47,489 nucleotides of DNA. It comes from Chiloscyllium plagiosum (taxonomy: Eukaryota). The position numbers and the translations under genes are program-made. The notes below the pieces were generated by a model. That model searched no databases. It had not been told where the DNA came from and was given only the letters and a program-made list of their open reading frames with translations. This document shows positions 37,641 to 47,489 of the stretch, one piece after another; positions within the stretch are counted from its first letter, which is position 1; every line of letters starts with the position of its first letter. Where the stretch lies: contig NC_057718.1 of assembly GCF_004010195.1 (NCBI RefSeq), positions 74,281,604-74,329,092 of the forward strand. The letters run 5' to 3'.

Positions 37641-39988
37641 AACTTGCAAAGCCTTGTGGAAAAAATCCTCCATGAAATTCAATGAAACTGACATTTTGCC
37701 AAAATATGGTAAGATTTAGCTTCAATCTCTTTTGAGATAGGCTTCCAAATGATACAGGGTCACTCTGCATGAGGGAAAGAAGTGAGATGAAAAGAAAGCT
37801 TCAGCGATTTCAAACCAGACAATGAGAGACAAAATGTTGAGTTTCCTTGCCCCCAGCTCACAAGCCCAGTCCCTGAAAGAGCAGTTAACTCCCAGTACTT
37901 TATTTAATACTTAAAAATTGAGTGACTTTTTGAAAAAAAATCATTTAACAGGCTATGAGTAGTTGTAGCAGGGCCAACATTTAGTGCTTATTCCTAATTG
38001 CCCTTGAAAAGATCAGAAGGAGTAGGTTCAAGGAAGATTTGGCCCTCTCTGATATCAAGACCAGCAATGCCACTACCACAGAAAAGGAAAAGCAACTGCT
38101 GGGATCTTGCCATCTACTGACCTCCAGAGAAGTTGTTTTCTTTTGTCAGTTGATATTACACCACCAAGAGCACTGTTAGAGAAAACCCAATGTCAATTTG
38201 CATATGTGGATGTGGATATCATACCTTGTGTCTGTAATGTCTGTAAACATTAATGGTTTCCAGCAGTCCTTGTTTGAATCACTGGCACAGAGCAGAGCAA
38301 GCTTTCTCAATATACTCCCTGATACCGATCTTGACTCTTCTAACATTATATTTCACAATTCCAAAATTTGTCTTGACCGCTAACATAGCCTAACAACTCA
38401 CCCTATCCACATCATTTCAGAGAGATAATACTGGCATTTAAACACAGTGTTGAGTCACCAGCTGAAGGCAAGAATTGGAAAACAGATTGTTGAATTAAGT
38501 CAATCTTTTCAATTTATCAAAACATCAAGTATAATATGTACTAAATCAAAGGGAGTCACCTTTGTTAATAATCTGGAATTTTATATCAGATCTGGATCCA
38601 GTGAAAAACAGTAAAATAGGAACAGAAGTCAATCATGTGGTTTCAAATATTGTTGAAATTTAACAATATTCAGAAAATGACCATTGCTTACCAAACAAAG
38701 AGTTTCTTGATTGTTTTTCTTCAAAGAAACCAGCCAATTACGGAATAAGCATGAGTAAAACTTTCCAAACTGATAGCCGTAAAGGTTGTTTAGCTTTTCA
38801 ATAAATTTGAGCCAAATTTTGAAACATAAAAGCTAAATATTTCCTCATATCACAAGGATAATGTGCCATAATGTACTATAAAAATAGCAGTGAGGGAAAA
38901 GTGACAAGAGAAGACATGAAATTGAAATTTGCAGAAGTCCACAGATAAACATTAAAATCTGCAAATTGCAATCTGGGACGTGGCACTTGTCTCAGCTAAA
39001 ATATCAACATTTGGCTTCCATTTGAATATATTGGACATATGAAGTTCCAGGATTGATCCTGTAGCTATTGACAAACATTAACAGACCAAGTTAGGGCATC
39101 TCTGCTTCAGTCTAAACACTCTTTTTTAATAGAATGATAAACATTAAGTATTGACAAACAACTTCTCTGGTACTGAAACTTAATTAGTACAAGTGCTCCA
39201 TCTCATTTCTTCAAATTTTAGTTCATGGAAATGTAATTTTGAAAGTTTTTATTTCTGTCACTTATTCTCTCTCTTTCTTAATCCAATCTTTGTTTTTCCA
39301 TTTTTGTTTCTCATTCTGTATCTAATTTATGATTTTATCTTACATTTTCTAGTTTAGTTGCCAGTTGTGTGGTCCTTGATCTTTGTTCACAAAGGTCCTG
39401 GATGCCCTAGAAAGGGTGTTTATTGCTCACAGAAACAACCAATGTTGCTGTATCACGTGGATATTAAATTCGCAGGGATACATGGAACATACTAATTTTG
39501 CTATTCACTTCTGGGTATATTCTGGTCATTGATAACATTTTTTTGTCAGTCATGGCTCAGAAAAAAGTATGCTGTTCTCTGAGTCAAAGGGCTCTCAGAA
39601 GTCGAACCTTACATAACTCTCATAGAACACTGAGACCAATAATGTTGGAGCGTTGTGCTGGTGGTGTTGGGTGGGATGTGGTGTGGCGCTTATCTTTAAC
39701 TGAAGTGGCGTTTAACAGCGCTTCTATCTGGCAGACATTAAAAAAAACTCCATGGAACAATTTTAAGAAGGAACAATCATGTCCTTGCAAATATCTTCAT
39801 TATGCTATAAATGAAAGGATCTGATTCTCAGTGTCAAGAAATGTTTTTCCAATCATCCACTCAAACCTGAAATGACAATTTCAGAATCTCACTATTGAAT
39901 TGCAACCAACTTACTTCTGTGAATTTGATCTCATTAAAACCTCAACCTGTCTTATTATTTGCCATTTACAATCTTCCTCGGCTCCACT

Positions 39989-40190
39989 GAGAAGTGCACA
40001 GCAGATCAGGTAACATCCGAGAAGCAGGAGAATCGATGTTTTGGGCATAAGCCCTTCATCAGGATTCTTGATGAAGGGCTTATGCCGAACTGTTGATTCT
40101 CCTGCTCCTCAGATGCTGCTTGACCTGCTGTGCTTTTTCAGCACCACACTCTTGACTGATCTCCAGCATCTGCAGTCCTCACTTTCTACT
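39989..40190. mobile_element. Palindromic Penelope-derived mini-element (family A) with 8-bp TSD
   Basis: Arms meet at aggattct (40061-40068), each arm has a decayed hammerhead, and gctccact occurs at 39981-39988 and 40191-40198. Confidence 0.85.
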
Positions 40191-40556
40191 GCTCCACTAA
40201 GGACCACTCTTCTCATCCAATAATACCTTGAGGTCCCTGTCTGTAAAACAGAGGGTAGCATATCTTAATACTGACCTATGTATTTGGTGGTAACAGTCAA
40301 TCATCACAGTGCGATGGTTAGTTCTTGTCTTGCAGGCTTTGAAGGGTTGTGCAGCTGAGCTTTAAATATGGTTCCAGTGGCATGTTTTCCATAAATCCTC
40401 ATCATTGGTGACACTTCCATTACTCTGCCTGAATAATTCTTCAAGAAAGGCACCCGACAACACATTTGCATAATTAATGGAGTGAAGAGTGATCCTGCAC
40501 TCCCCAGGGCAATTGCACAAGTACCAAATTTCAAGTGATCACAACAGTATACTACC

Positions 40557-41335
40557 GTCATAAAGAATGTTGGTTGGCCAACGTACTACAGGCATAAAGG
40601 GTGCTGCGTAGCCAGTACACGACAGGCATAAAGGGTGCTGGTTGGCCAGTAAAAGACAGGCGTAAAGGGTGATGGTTGGTCAGTACACAACAAGTGTAAA
40701 GGGTGCCGGTTGGCCAGTACACGACAGGTGTAAAGGGTGCCGGTTGGCCAGTACACGACATGTGTAAAGGGTGCCGGTTGGCCAGTACACGACAGGTGTA
40801 AAGGGTGCCGGTTGGCCAGTACATGACAAGTGTAAAGGGTGCCGGTTGGCCAGTACACGACAGGTGTAAAGGGTGCCGGTTGGCCAGTACACGACAGGAG
40901 TAAAGGGTGCCAGTTGGCCAGTACACGACAGGTGTAAAGGGTGCCGGTTGGCCAGTACACGACAGGTGTAAAGGGTGCCGGTTGGCCAGTACACAACAGG
41001 AGTAAAGGGTGCCGGTTGGCCAGTACACGACAGGAGTAAGGGGTGCCGGTTGGCCAGTACACGACAGGTGTAAAGGGTGCCGGTTGGCCAGTACACGACA
41101 GGAACAGGTGTAAAGGGTGCCGGTTGGCCAGTACACGACAGGAGTAAAGGGTGCCGGTTGGCCAGTACCCGACAGGTGTAAAGGTGCCGGTTGGCCAGTA
41201 CACGACAGGTGTAAAGGTGCCGGTTGGCCAGTACACGACAGGTGTAAAGGGTGCCGGTTGGCCAGTACACGACAGGTGTAAAGGGTGCCGGTTGGCCAGT
41301 ACACGACAGGCATAAAGGGTGCTGGTTAGCCAGCA
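40557..41335. repeat. 34-bp minisatellite, about 22-23 units, consensus GGTGTAAAGGGTGCCGGTTGGCCAGTACACGACA
   Basis: Direct head-to-tail repeats without spacers; the centre is homogeneous and the edge units are degenerate. Confidence 0.97.
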
Positions 41336-41427
41336 AGTCAAATCTGTTTGACTGAGGCATTGTCATGAAAAGGCAGTGAAGATCCATAGTCTCCCGAGGC
41401 TCCCAGGTAATTTAGAAAGCACATTTA

Positions 41428-43586
41428 GAGTCATAGCTTCCTATAGTACGGTGACATGCCTTTTGGCCCAAACTGGTCCATGTCGACCAAAATGTCCCTT
41501 TATGCTAACCTTATTTCCCTGCATTCAGCCGTTATCCTTCTAAATGTTGCCTATCCATGTATTTGTCCAAATGCCTTTTAAATGTTCATGCACCTGCATC
41601 AACTATTACTGCTGGCAACTCATTCCATATGTGTACCGCCTTCTGTGTAAAAACGTTGCCCATCAGGTTCCATTTTATTCTTTCCCTCTAACCTTAAATT
41701 GATGCCACCTAGTCCTCAATACCCCAATCCTAGGAAAAAGACTGAGTGCATTCACCCTACCCATACCTCTCATGATCTTATACATTTCTGTAATGTGCCC
41801 CCTCAGTCTCCTGTGCTATAAAGAAAAAAAAGGTCCTAGCTTGTCCAATCTCTCTCTATAACTCAGACCATTGAATCCTGGCAACCTCCTTGTAAATATT
41901 TTTCTGCACTCTTTACTGTTTAATGACATTATTTCTAAAGCAAGGTGACCGAAACTGAACATAATACTACAAATGGTGACTCACCAATGTCCTGTATAAC
42001 TGCAACATAACTTCCCAACTTCCATACTCAGTGTTCTGACTGATGAAGGCCAGTGTGCCAAAAGTCGCCTTCACTGCCCTGTCTACCTGTGACTCCACTT
42101 TTAGAGAACCATGTCACCGAGCTCCAAAGTCCCTCTGTTCTACTTCAGTCCCGAAGGCCCGACCATTCATCATGAAACTCCCACTTTGATTTGACTTTCT
42201 AAAATGCAAGACCTCACACTTATCTCTATTAAACTCCATCTACCATTTCTTGGCCCACTTCCCCAGCTGATCAAGGTCCTGCTGCAATTTCTGATAGCCT
42301 TCCTCACTGTCCACAATACTTCCTATTTTAGTGTCATCAGCAAAATTACTAATCATGCCTTGTACATTCTCATCCAAAACGTTGATATAGATAACAAACA
42401 GCAATGGGCCCAGCACTGACCCCTGAGGCACTCCAGGCCTCCAGTCCGACAGGCATCCTTCCACTATTATCCTCTGATTCCTACCATCAAGCCAATTTTG
42501 TATTCAATTTGCCAGCTACCCCAGGATTCCATGTGGTCTTACCTTCCAGAATAGCCTGCCATATGGAACCTTATCAAAGGCCTTATTGAAGATCATATAG
42601 ACTACATCTACCGATCTGCCCTTGTCAACCTTCCTGATCACTTCATCAAAGATCTCCCACTCACAAAGCCATGCCGACTACTCTGAATCAAACCCTGTCT
42701 TTCCAAGTACATGTGTATCCGATCCTTCAGACTCTTCTCAAGTAACTTACCCACCACAGATGTTAAGCTTACTGGTCTATAGTTCCTAGCCTTTTCTTTG
42801 CAGCCCTTTTTAAATAATGACACAATATTCATTACCCTCCAGTCTTCTGGGATCTCACCCATGGCTAATAATGATGCAAAAATATCAGCCAGGGCCCCTG
42901 CTATTTCTTCGCTGGCCTCCTGCAGGGTTCTTGGATACACCTGGTCAGGACCAGGAGATTTATCCACCTTCATACATTCTAATACATCCAACACTTCCTC
43001 TACTGTGATGTGGATGTCCCTAAAATATGATCACTAACTTCCCCAAATTCCCACGTCTTCATGTCTTTGTCCATGGTAAACACAGAGGAGAAATATTCAT
43101 TGAGAACATCACCCATCTCCTGCAGTTCTACACATACATGTCTATTTTTGGTCCTTGAGGGGGACTATTCTCTGTCTAGTAAATCTTTTTCCTTTAATAT
43201 ACTTAAAGAATCTCTTTGGGTTTACCCTAATCTTCTCAGCCAAGGCTATCTCATGCCACCTTTTCGCCTTCCTGATTTTCTTCTTCAGTAAACTCCCGTA
43301 TCCTCTATATATCCCAAGGGAGTCCTTTGATCTGAGCTGCCTATACCTCCTTTTTTTCTGGTCAAAGCCTCAGTATCTCTTGTCATCCAGAGTCCCCTAT
43401 TCCTGCCAACCTTGCCATTCACTCTCACAAGAACATAGAGACCTTGAACTCTAGCTATCTCACTTTTAAAGGCCTCCCACTTGCCAGAGGTCTCTTTGCC
43501 TGCAAAGAAACTACTCCAATCAACCTCTGCAAGCTCCTGTCTAATTCCATCAAAATTTGCCTTGCCCCAATTTAGAACTTGAACCT
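41428..43586 (-). mobile_element. CR1 LINE ORF2 plus 3' UTR (same subfamily as 9430-10920 and 26905-29490)
   Basis: ORFs 42638-42994 (DKSPGPDQVYPRTL...NYRPVSLTSVVGK) and 42240-42464 (GVPQGSVLGPLLF...FADDTK). Confidence 0.95.
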
Positions 43587-43729
43587 TAAAGACTTGAATA
43601 TATTCCTTGAGGAGTCTGTTCAGGGGACCCAGGATTGAAAATGCAGTCCAATATATTTTCTGTGAAAATCATGAAGAAAATTGGTTGGATGGTTATCTTT
43701 TTCTTTGATCATTATGTTGTTTGATTTAC

Positions 43730-43798
43730 CTCAGAATGTCCCACATCTAGATATATAAGCAATCTGAATGTCCACCTCAGAACTTTACAAGCTGGATT
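43730..43798 (-). other. Candidate 69-bp exon
   Basis: tttttttttccatgtattag|AATCCA...TCTGAG|gtaaat; open in phase 0 as NPACKVLRWTFRLLIYLDVGHSE. Confidence 0.3.
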
Positions 43799-44006
43799 CT
43801 AATACATGGAAAAAAAAATCTTTGACAGATTCAAAAGGAAGAGTTACTGTCATCATATGATGTTGATTTTTGAGGAAAACAGAGGGAAGTGGAGACTGGC
43901 AAACAGCCAATGCCTTCATTCCTCCATCACTGACTTCCTACACATTTTTTCCAATCAATTGTTCAATTAGAAACACTGCCTAAGAATGAACATGAAACAA
44001 ACTTAC

Positions 44007-44050
44007 CTGGATTGTAAACCGGTCTCTTCTTTTTGCTGAATACTCATCTG
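44007..44050 (-). other. Candidate 44-bp exon
   Basis: catttcag|CAGATG...ATCCAG|gtaagt has a perfect donor consensus; the open frame DEYSAKRRDRFTIQ ends in phase 0. Confidence 0.35.
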
Positions 44051-44059
44051 CTGAAATGA

Positions 44060-44990
44060 TTATAAAGGGATCTTGATCATTGGGGCTGAGGGTTGAGGAA
44101 TAGCAGAAGGAGTTTAATTTGGATAAATACAAGGCTTTACATTTTGGTAAATGAACAGGGACTCATAAGTTAATTGTAGGTCCCAGGGTAGTGTTGTAGA
44201 ACAGAGACCGAGAGATTCAGGTGCATAATTCTTTGAAATTCGCATCACCTGTAGACATGGTGTTAAGAAGCTGTTTAGCATGCTTAACTACATTGCTCAG
44301 ACTGTTGAGTATAGGATGTTGTACAGAACATTGGTGAGTCCACTTTGGGCGTGTTGTGTGTAGTTCTGGTTACCTTGCTATAGAAAGGACATTAGGTTTA
44401 TAAAATCATGAGGGCCATTGATAAGGTGAATAGCAAAGGCCTTTTCCCTAGGGTGGGGAAGTTCAAAACTAGGGGCCATATTTTTAAGGTGTGAGGAGAA
44501 AGATTTAAAAGGGACCTGAGGGGTAACGTTTTCACACAGGGATGGTTCTTATGTGGAATGAACTGCTAGAGGAAATGGTAGACGTATGTATAGTTACAAC
44601 ATTTAAAAGACATTTGATAAGTATATGAATAGGAAAAGTTTAGAGGGATATTAGCGAAATGCAGGCTAATGGGACTAGTTTAGTTTGTGAAACTTGTTCG
44701 GCATGGACTAGTTGGACCAAAGGGTCTATTTCTGTATGATTCTACTGTATAATTTTATGAGGATTAGGAGACTTTAAGAAATCAATGAAATATGATCAAA
44801 TGGTTGTTAAAAATAGAATGAAAGTAAACCGGCCAGGCATTTAACATTATTGATCTCAGAGATAATCAAGGCATATCAAGATTGAGTGGGAAGTTACAGT
44901 TGAAGCAAACAATCAGCCATGATCATATTGAATGATGGAACAAGGTCTCTGAGTGGTTTGGGATACTCCTGTTCCTATTTCTTATGTTCT
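44060..44990 (+). mobile_element. CR1 3' fragment (to about 44745) followed by an older CR1 tail
   Basis: Degenerate LHFG, CV*FWLPCYRKD and FTQ...WNEL segments, plus CR1 3' UTRs. Confidence 0.85.
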
Positions 44991-46504
44991 GGTGAAATAG
45001 ACTGGTGAAATTCCCAGATTCTATGGTGCTGTCACATCTGGAAGAATTATGGGAAATCAGCCATCCTTGGTCCAGAGCTGTCAGAAATCAAGATTTTAGG
45101 TTAAGAATTTCTGTGAATAAATCTTTTGATTATTACAGCCCTTCAATGAACCATTAAAAATTTCTCAATATCATTCTGACTGCACAAAACAACATTGGGA
45201 TGCCTGTCGTCTGCTACTGCCCAGTCTCTCTATGGCATACTGACTTCCATGGTTTTCATTTTTCTCTAGGTCCTTCTGAGCGGTTACAGCTCACATTAGA
45301 AGACAGCTCGGGGATCCAAGAAGGCGGCGACCCAGCAAGTCTGAGTCTACAGTGCACCTCCAAGACTTGGGTAAAGTGGGTCACCCACCCCCACTACACT
45401 CATAAAATCATTAATAATAGCTGTTTAATTTAATTAGTTGTTTAATATGAAACTTAAACAATCTAATCTTTAGTAAAAATGACTAAAGGGAAGGGAGCCC
45501 GCAGCTCTCAACAAGCAGGAACCCCTCCCCCACCCCCTCCAGTTGCAGCTGAGGCGTCCACAGCCGCCCCGGGGGACTTACCTACGGTGACAAGCCTTGT
45601 AGAGATGATCTCCAAACTGGACACGAAGATCAACGCTTTCATTGAAGAATCCCAAAATCGATGGGACTCACTCTCGGCCGCGCTGCAGAAGCACGACCGA
45701 GACATCCAGGAAATCGAGCGCCGAGTCGGAGGGGTGGAGTTAAAGGCCGCGACCTCTGAAACTGCAGCACAATCGACCGTGGATCGGGTCCGGACTCTCG
45801 AACAGCGAATCCGGACCTTAGAGAATTACATTGACGACCTCGATAATTGAGGTCGTCAAAAAAATATTCGTTTGCTGGGCCTTCCCGAACGGGAAGAGGA
45901 ATGCCAGCTTACAGCATTCCTCCAGCAGTGGCTGCCACAGCTTTTAAATCTGGAAGCTGGATCAGGCCAGGTAAGGGTGGAATGGGCCTACCGGGCAATA
46001 CGCGGGCCTGGCTCGAACCAGCGTCCCCGCCCGGTCCTGTTCCGGCTGCAGAGCTACAAGGAGAGGCAGATACTCCTAGAAGCCTCTAGAAATCTTGGAA
46101 AAGACCCCCAAGCTATGATCTATAAAGGATCCAAGATCATGTTATTCCAGGACTTTTCCCCAGCTCTGGTCCGAAAGAGGAAGGCATTCGACGAGGCGAA
46201 GAAGTGTTCAAGGGACTTAAATATTCAGTACTCCTTACGCTACCCAGCGACGTTACTCTTTAATCATGAAGGATCCGTGTATAACTTCGGATCGCCAGAA
46301 AAGGCTAAGGAATTCTTGGACTCTCTTGGCATGGTGGCACAGTGGTTAGCACCGCTGCCTCACAGCGCCAGAGACCCGGGTTCAATTCCCGCCTCAGGCG
46401 ACTGACTCTGTGGAGTTTGTACATTCTCCCCGTGTCTGGGTGGGTTTCCTCCGGGTGCTCCGGTTTCCTCCCACAGTCCAAAGATGTGCAGATCAGGTGA
46501 ATTG

Positions 46505-46793
46505 CTGAAAATGTGTTGCTGGAAAAGCGCAGCAGGTCAGGCAGCATCCAGGGAACAGGAGAATCGACGTTTCGGGCATAAGCCCTTCTTCAGGAATCTG
46601 AGGAGAAAGTGAGGTCTGCAGATGCTGGAGATCAGAGCTGAAAATGTGTTGCTGGAAAAGCGCAGCAGGTCAGGCAGCATGCCCGAAACGTTGATTCTCC
46701 TGTTCCCTGGATGCTGCCTGATCTGCTGCGCTTTTCCAGCAACACATTTTCAGCTCTGATCTCCAGCATTTGCAGACCTCACTTTCTCCTCAA
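46505..46793. mobile_element. Penelope-derived fold-back element (family A) with 15-bp TSD inside the HE1 SINE
   Basis: agatcaggtgaattg at 46490-46504 and 46794-46808; two minus partial units (46505-46597, 46599-46680) are followed by one plus unit. Confidence 0.88.
46562..46597 (-). ncRNA. Minimal type I hammerhead ribozyme motif (family A)
   Basis: The minus strand reads AUUC-CUGAAGA-A-GGGC(UUAU)GCCC-GAAA-CG-UC-GAUU, identical to 33631-33666. Confidence 0.78.
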
Positions 46794-47144
46794 AGATCAG
46801 GTGAATTGGCCATGCTAAATTGCCCGTAGAGTTGGGTAAGGGGTAAATGTAGGGGTATGGGTGGGTTGCGCTTCGGCGGGTCGGTGTGGACTTGTTGGGC
46901 CGAAGGGCCTGTTTCCACACTGTAATGTAATCTAATCTAATCTAATCTCTTAGATAAACTGTAAGACATAATGGATGTTGGTTTGCCTTTCCCCCCGCTT
47001 TGGTTTATATCCCCCCTTTTTTTTTCTCTTCGTACCTTACTGTTTAATATTATTATGGGGGGTGGGGAGAGGGATTTGATTTCCTCCCCCCCCTTGGGGT
47101 TGTTTTCTTTTATTATTTTATGTATATATGAGGGATGTATGTAT

Positions 47145-47153
<9 letters not shown>

Positions 47154-47177
<24 letters not shown>
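47154..47177. repeat. (TA)n microsatellite
   Basis: tatatata... run in the L1 spacer. Confidence 0.9.
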
Positions 47178-47178
<1 letters not shown>

Positions 47179-47489
47179 GCTGGGGGCTTTGGTTAATGTT
47201 GGTGGGGGGAGGTGGTTACCTTATTCAATTTTACCTCTGTCTCTAGGAGCGGAGTTGTTTTCTCCTTGTTATTTTGTATTATTATATTTAATTATTATTT
47301 GTTGAGGTGGTAATTTTATAGTTATATATTTATATATGGTATTAACATTACCAAATATACCCAGGTGTTGGTATGGGTGGGGGTAGGGTGCTCACTGTTA
47401 ACTCTAGCTTTGTATTATATTTGAATTCTCCTCATTTTATTGAGGAGTGCCTGGGTCAAGGGTGGGGCATTGGTTGGGAGAGGATATGA

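Larger units (their letters stand above)
46328..46945 (+). mobile_element. Young HE1-type SINE in the end of L1 ORF1, TSD tctctt
   Basis: A box tggcacagtgg, B box ggttcaattcc and (TAATC)n tail; tctctt at 46322-46327 and 46946-46951. Confidence 0.93.
45479..46957 (+). pseudogene. L1 ORF1p (coiled coil plus RRM/CTD, Transposase_22-like), about 284 aa after repair
   Basis: ORFs 45479-45850 and 45872-46405 share a frame, separated by one TGA in DN*GRQKNIRLLGLPE (compare ENRxRRxNIRIxGLPE). Motifs include PRPVLFRL, FQDFSPAL and LRYPATL. The last codons AGA TAA (46952-46957) lie beyond the SINE insert. Confidence 0.9.
45310..47489 (+). mobile_element. L1-clade LINE 5' portion (5' UTR, ORF1, inter-ORF spacer), running off the window
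   Basis: It starts ggggatccaagaaggcggcg, one mismatch from the YY1-type CAAGATGGCGG of L1 5' ends. ORF1 follows and is CpG-rich, then a T/G-rich spacer. Confidence 0.9.

Noticed and set aside
40305..40475. RSS heptamer CACAGTG plus octamer ATTTGCAT suggesting an immunoglobulin segment
   Set aside because: There is no nonamer at 12 or 23 bp spacing and no V, D or J coding motif. Both short motifs recur elsewhere in the window, as expected by chance.
40557..41335. CRISPR-like array (34-bp, partly palindromic repeats)
   Set aside because: The units are head-to-tail with no unique spacers, there are no cas genes, and the context is vertebrate DNA. It is a minisatellite.
40558..41387. Three 235-251 aa minus-strand ORFs as real genes
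   Set aside because: They are explained by a stop-free repeat unit. All three frames give the same cyclic peptide, and indel units shift frame freely.
46328..46400. tRNA gene (also the heads at about 27664, 29790-29860 and 6821)
   Set aside because: The A and B boxes belong to tRNA-derived SINE heads that continue into SINE bodies and LINE-like tails.

Overview
This is eukaryotic, repeat-dense intronic or intergenic DNA, almost certainly from an elasmobranch (shark) genome, because it carries many HE1-type tRNA-derived SINEs and their partner CR1-clade (HER1-type) LINEs. No intact host protein-coding gene is recognisable, and nearly all listed ORFs are broken retroelement fragments or chance ORFs. 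The window holds about 15 CR1 fragments of several ages, about 8 HE1 SINEs plus other tRNA SINEs, and the 5' end of an L1 with an almost intact ORF1. It also has several Penelope-like (PLE) fragments, a Gypsy integrase relic, an LTR with a tRNA-Ser primer-binding site, hAT, Harbinger and Tigger-like DNA-transposon relics, and a 34-bp minisatellite. The most notable signal is two families of short PLE-derived terminal repeats that carry minimal type I hammerhead ribozyme cores. Several occur as recent fold-back insertions with 8-16 bp target-site duplications (TSDs). Also present are a three-level nested insertion, a twin-priming inversion and two phase-compatible candidate micro-exons. Family names come from my recall of motifs, not from a database search, and the boundaries of old elements are approximate.
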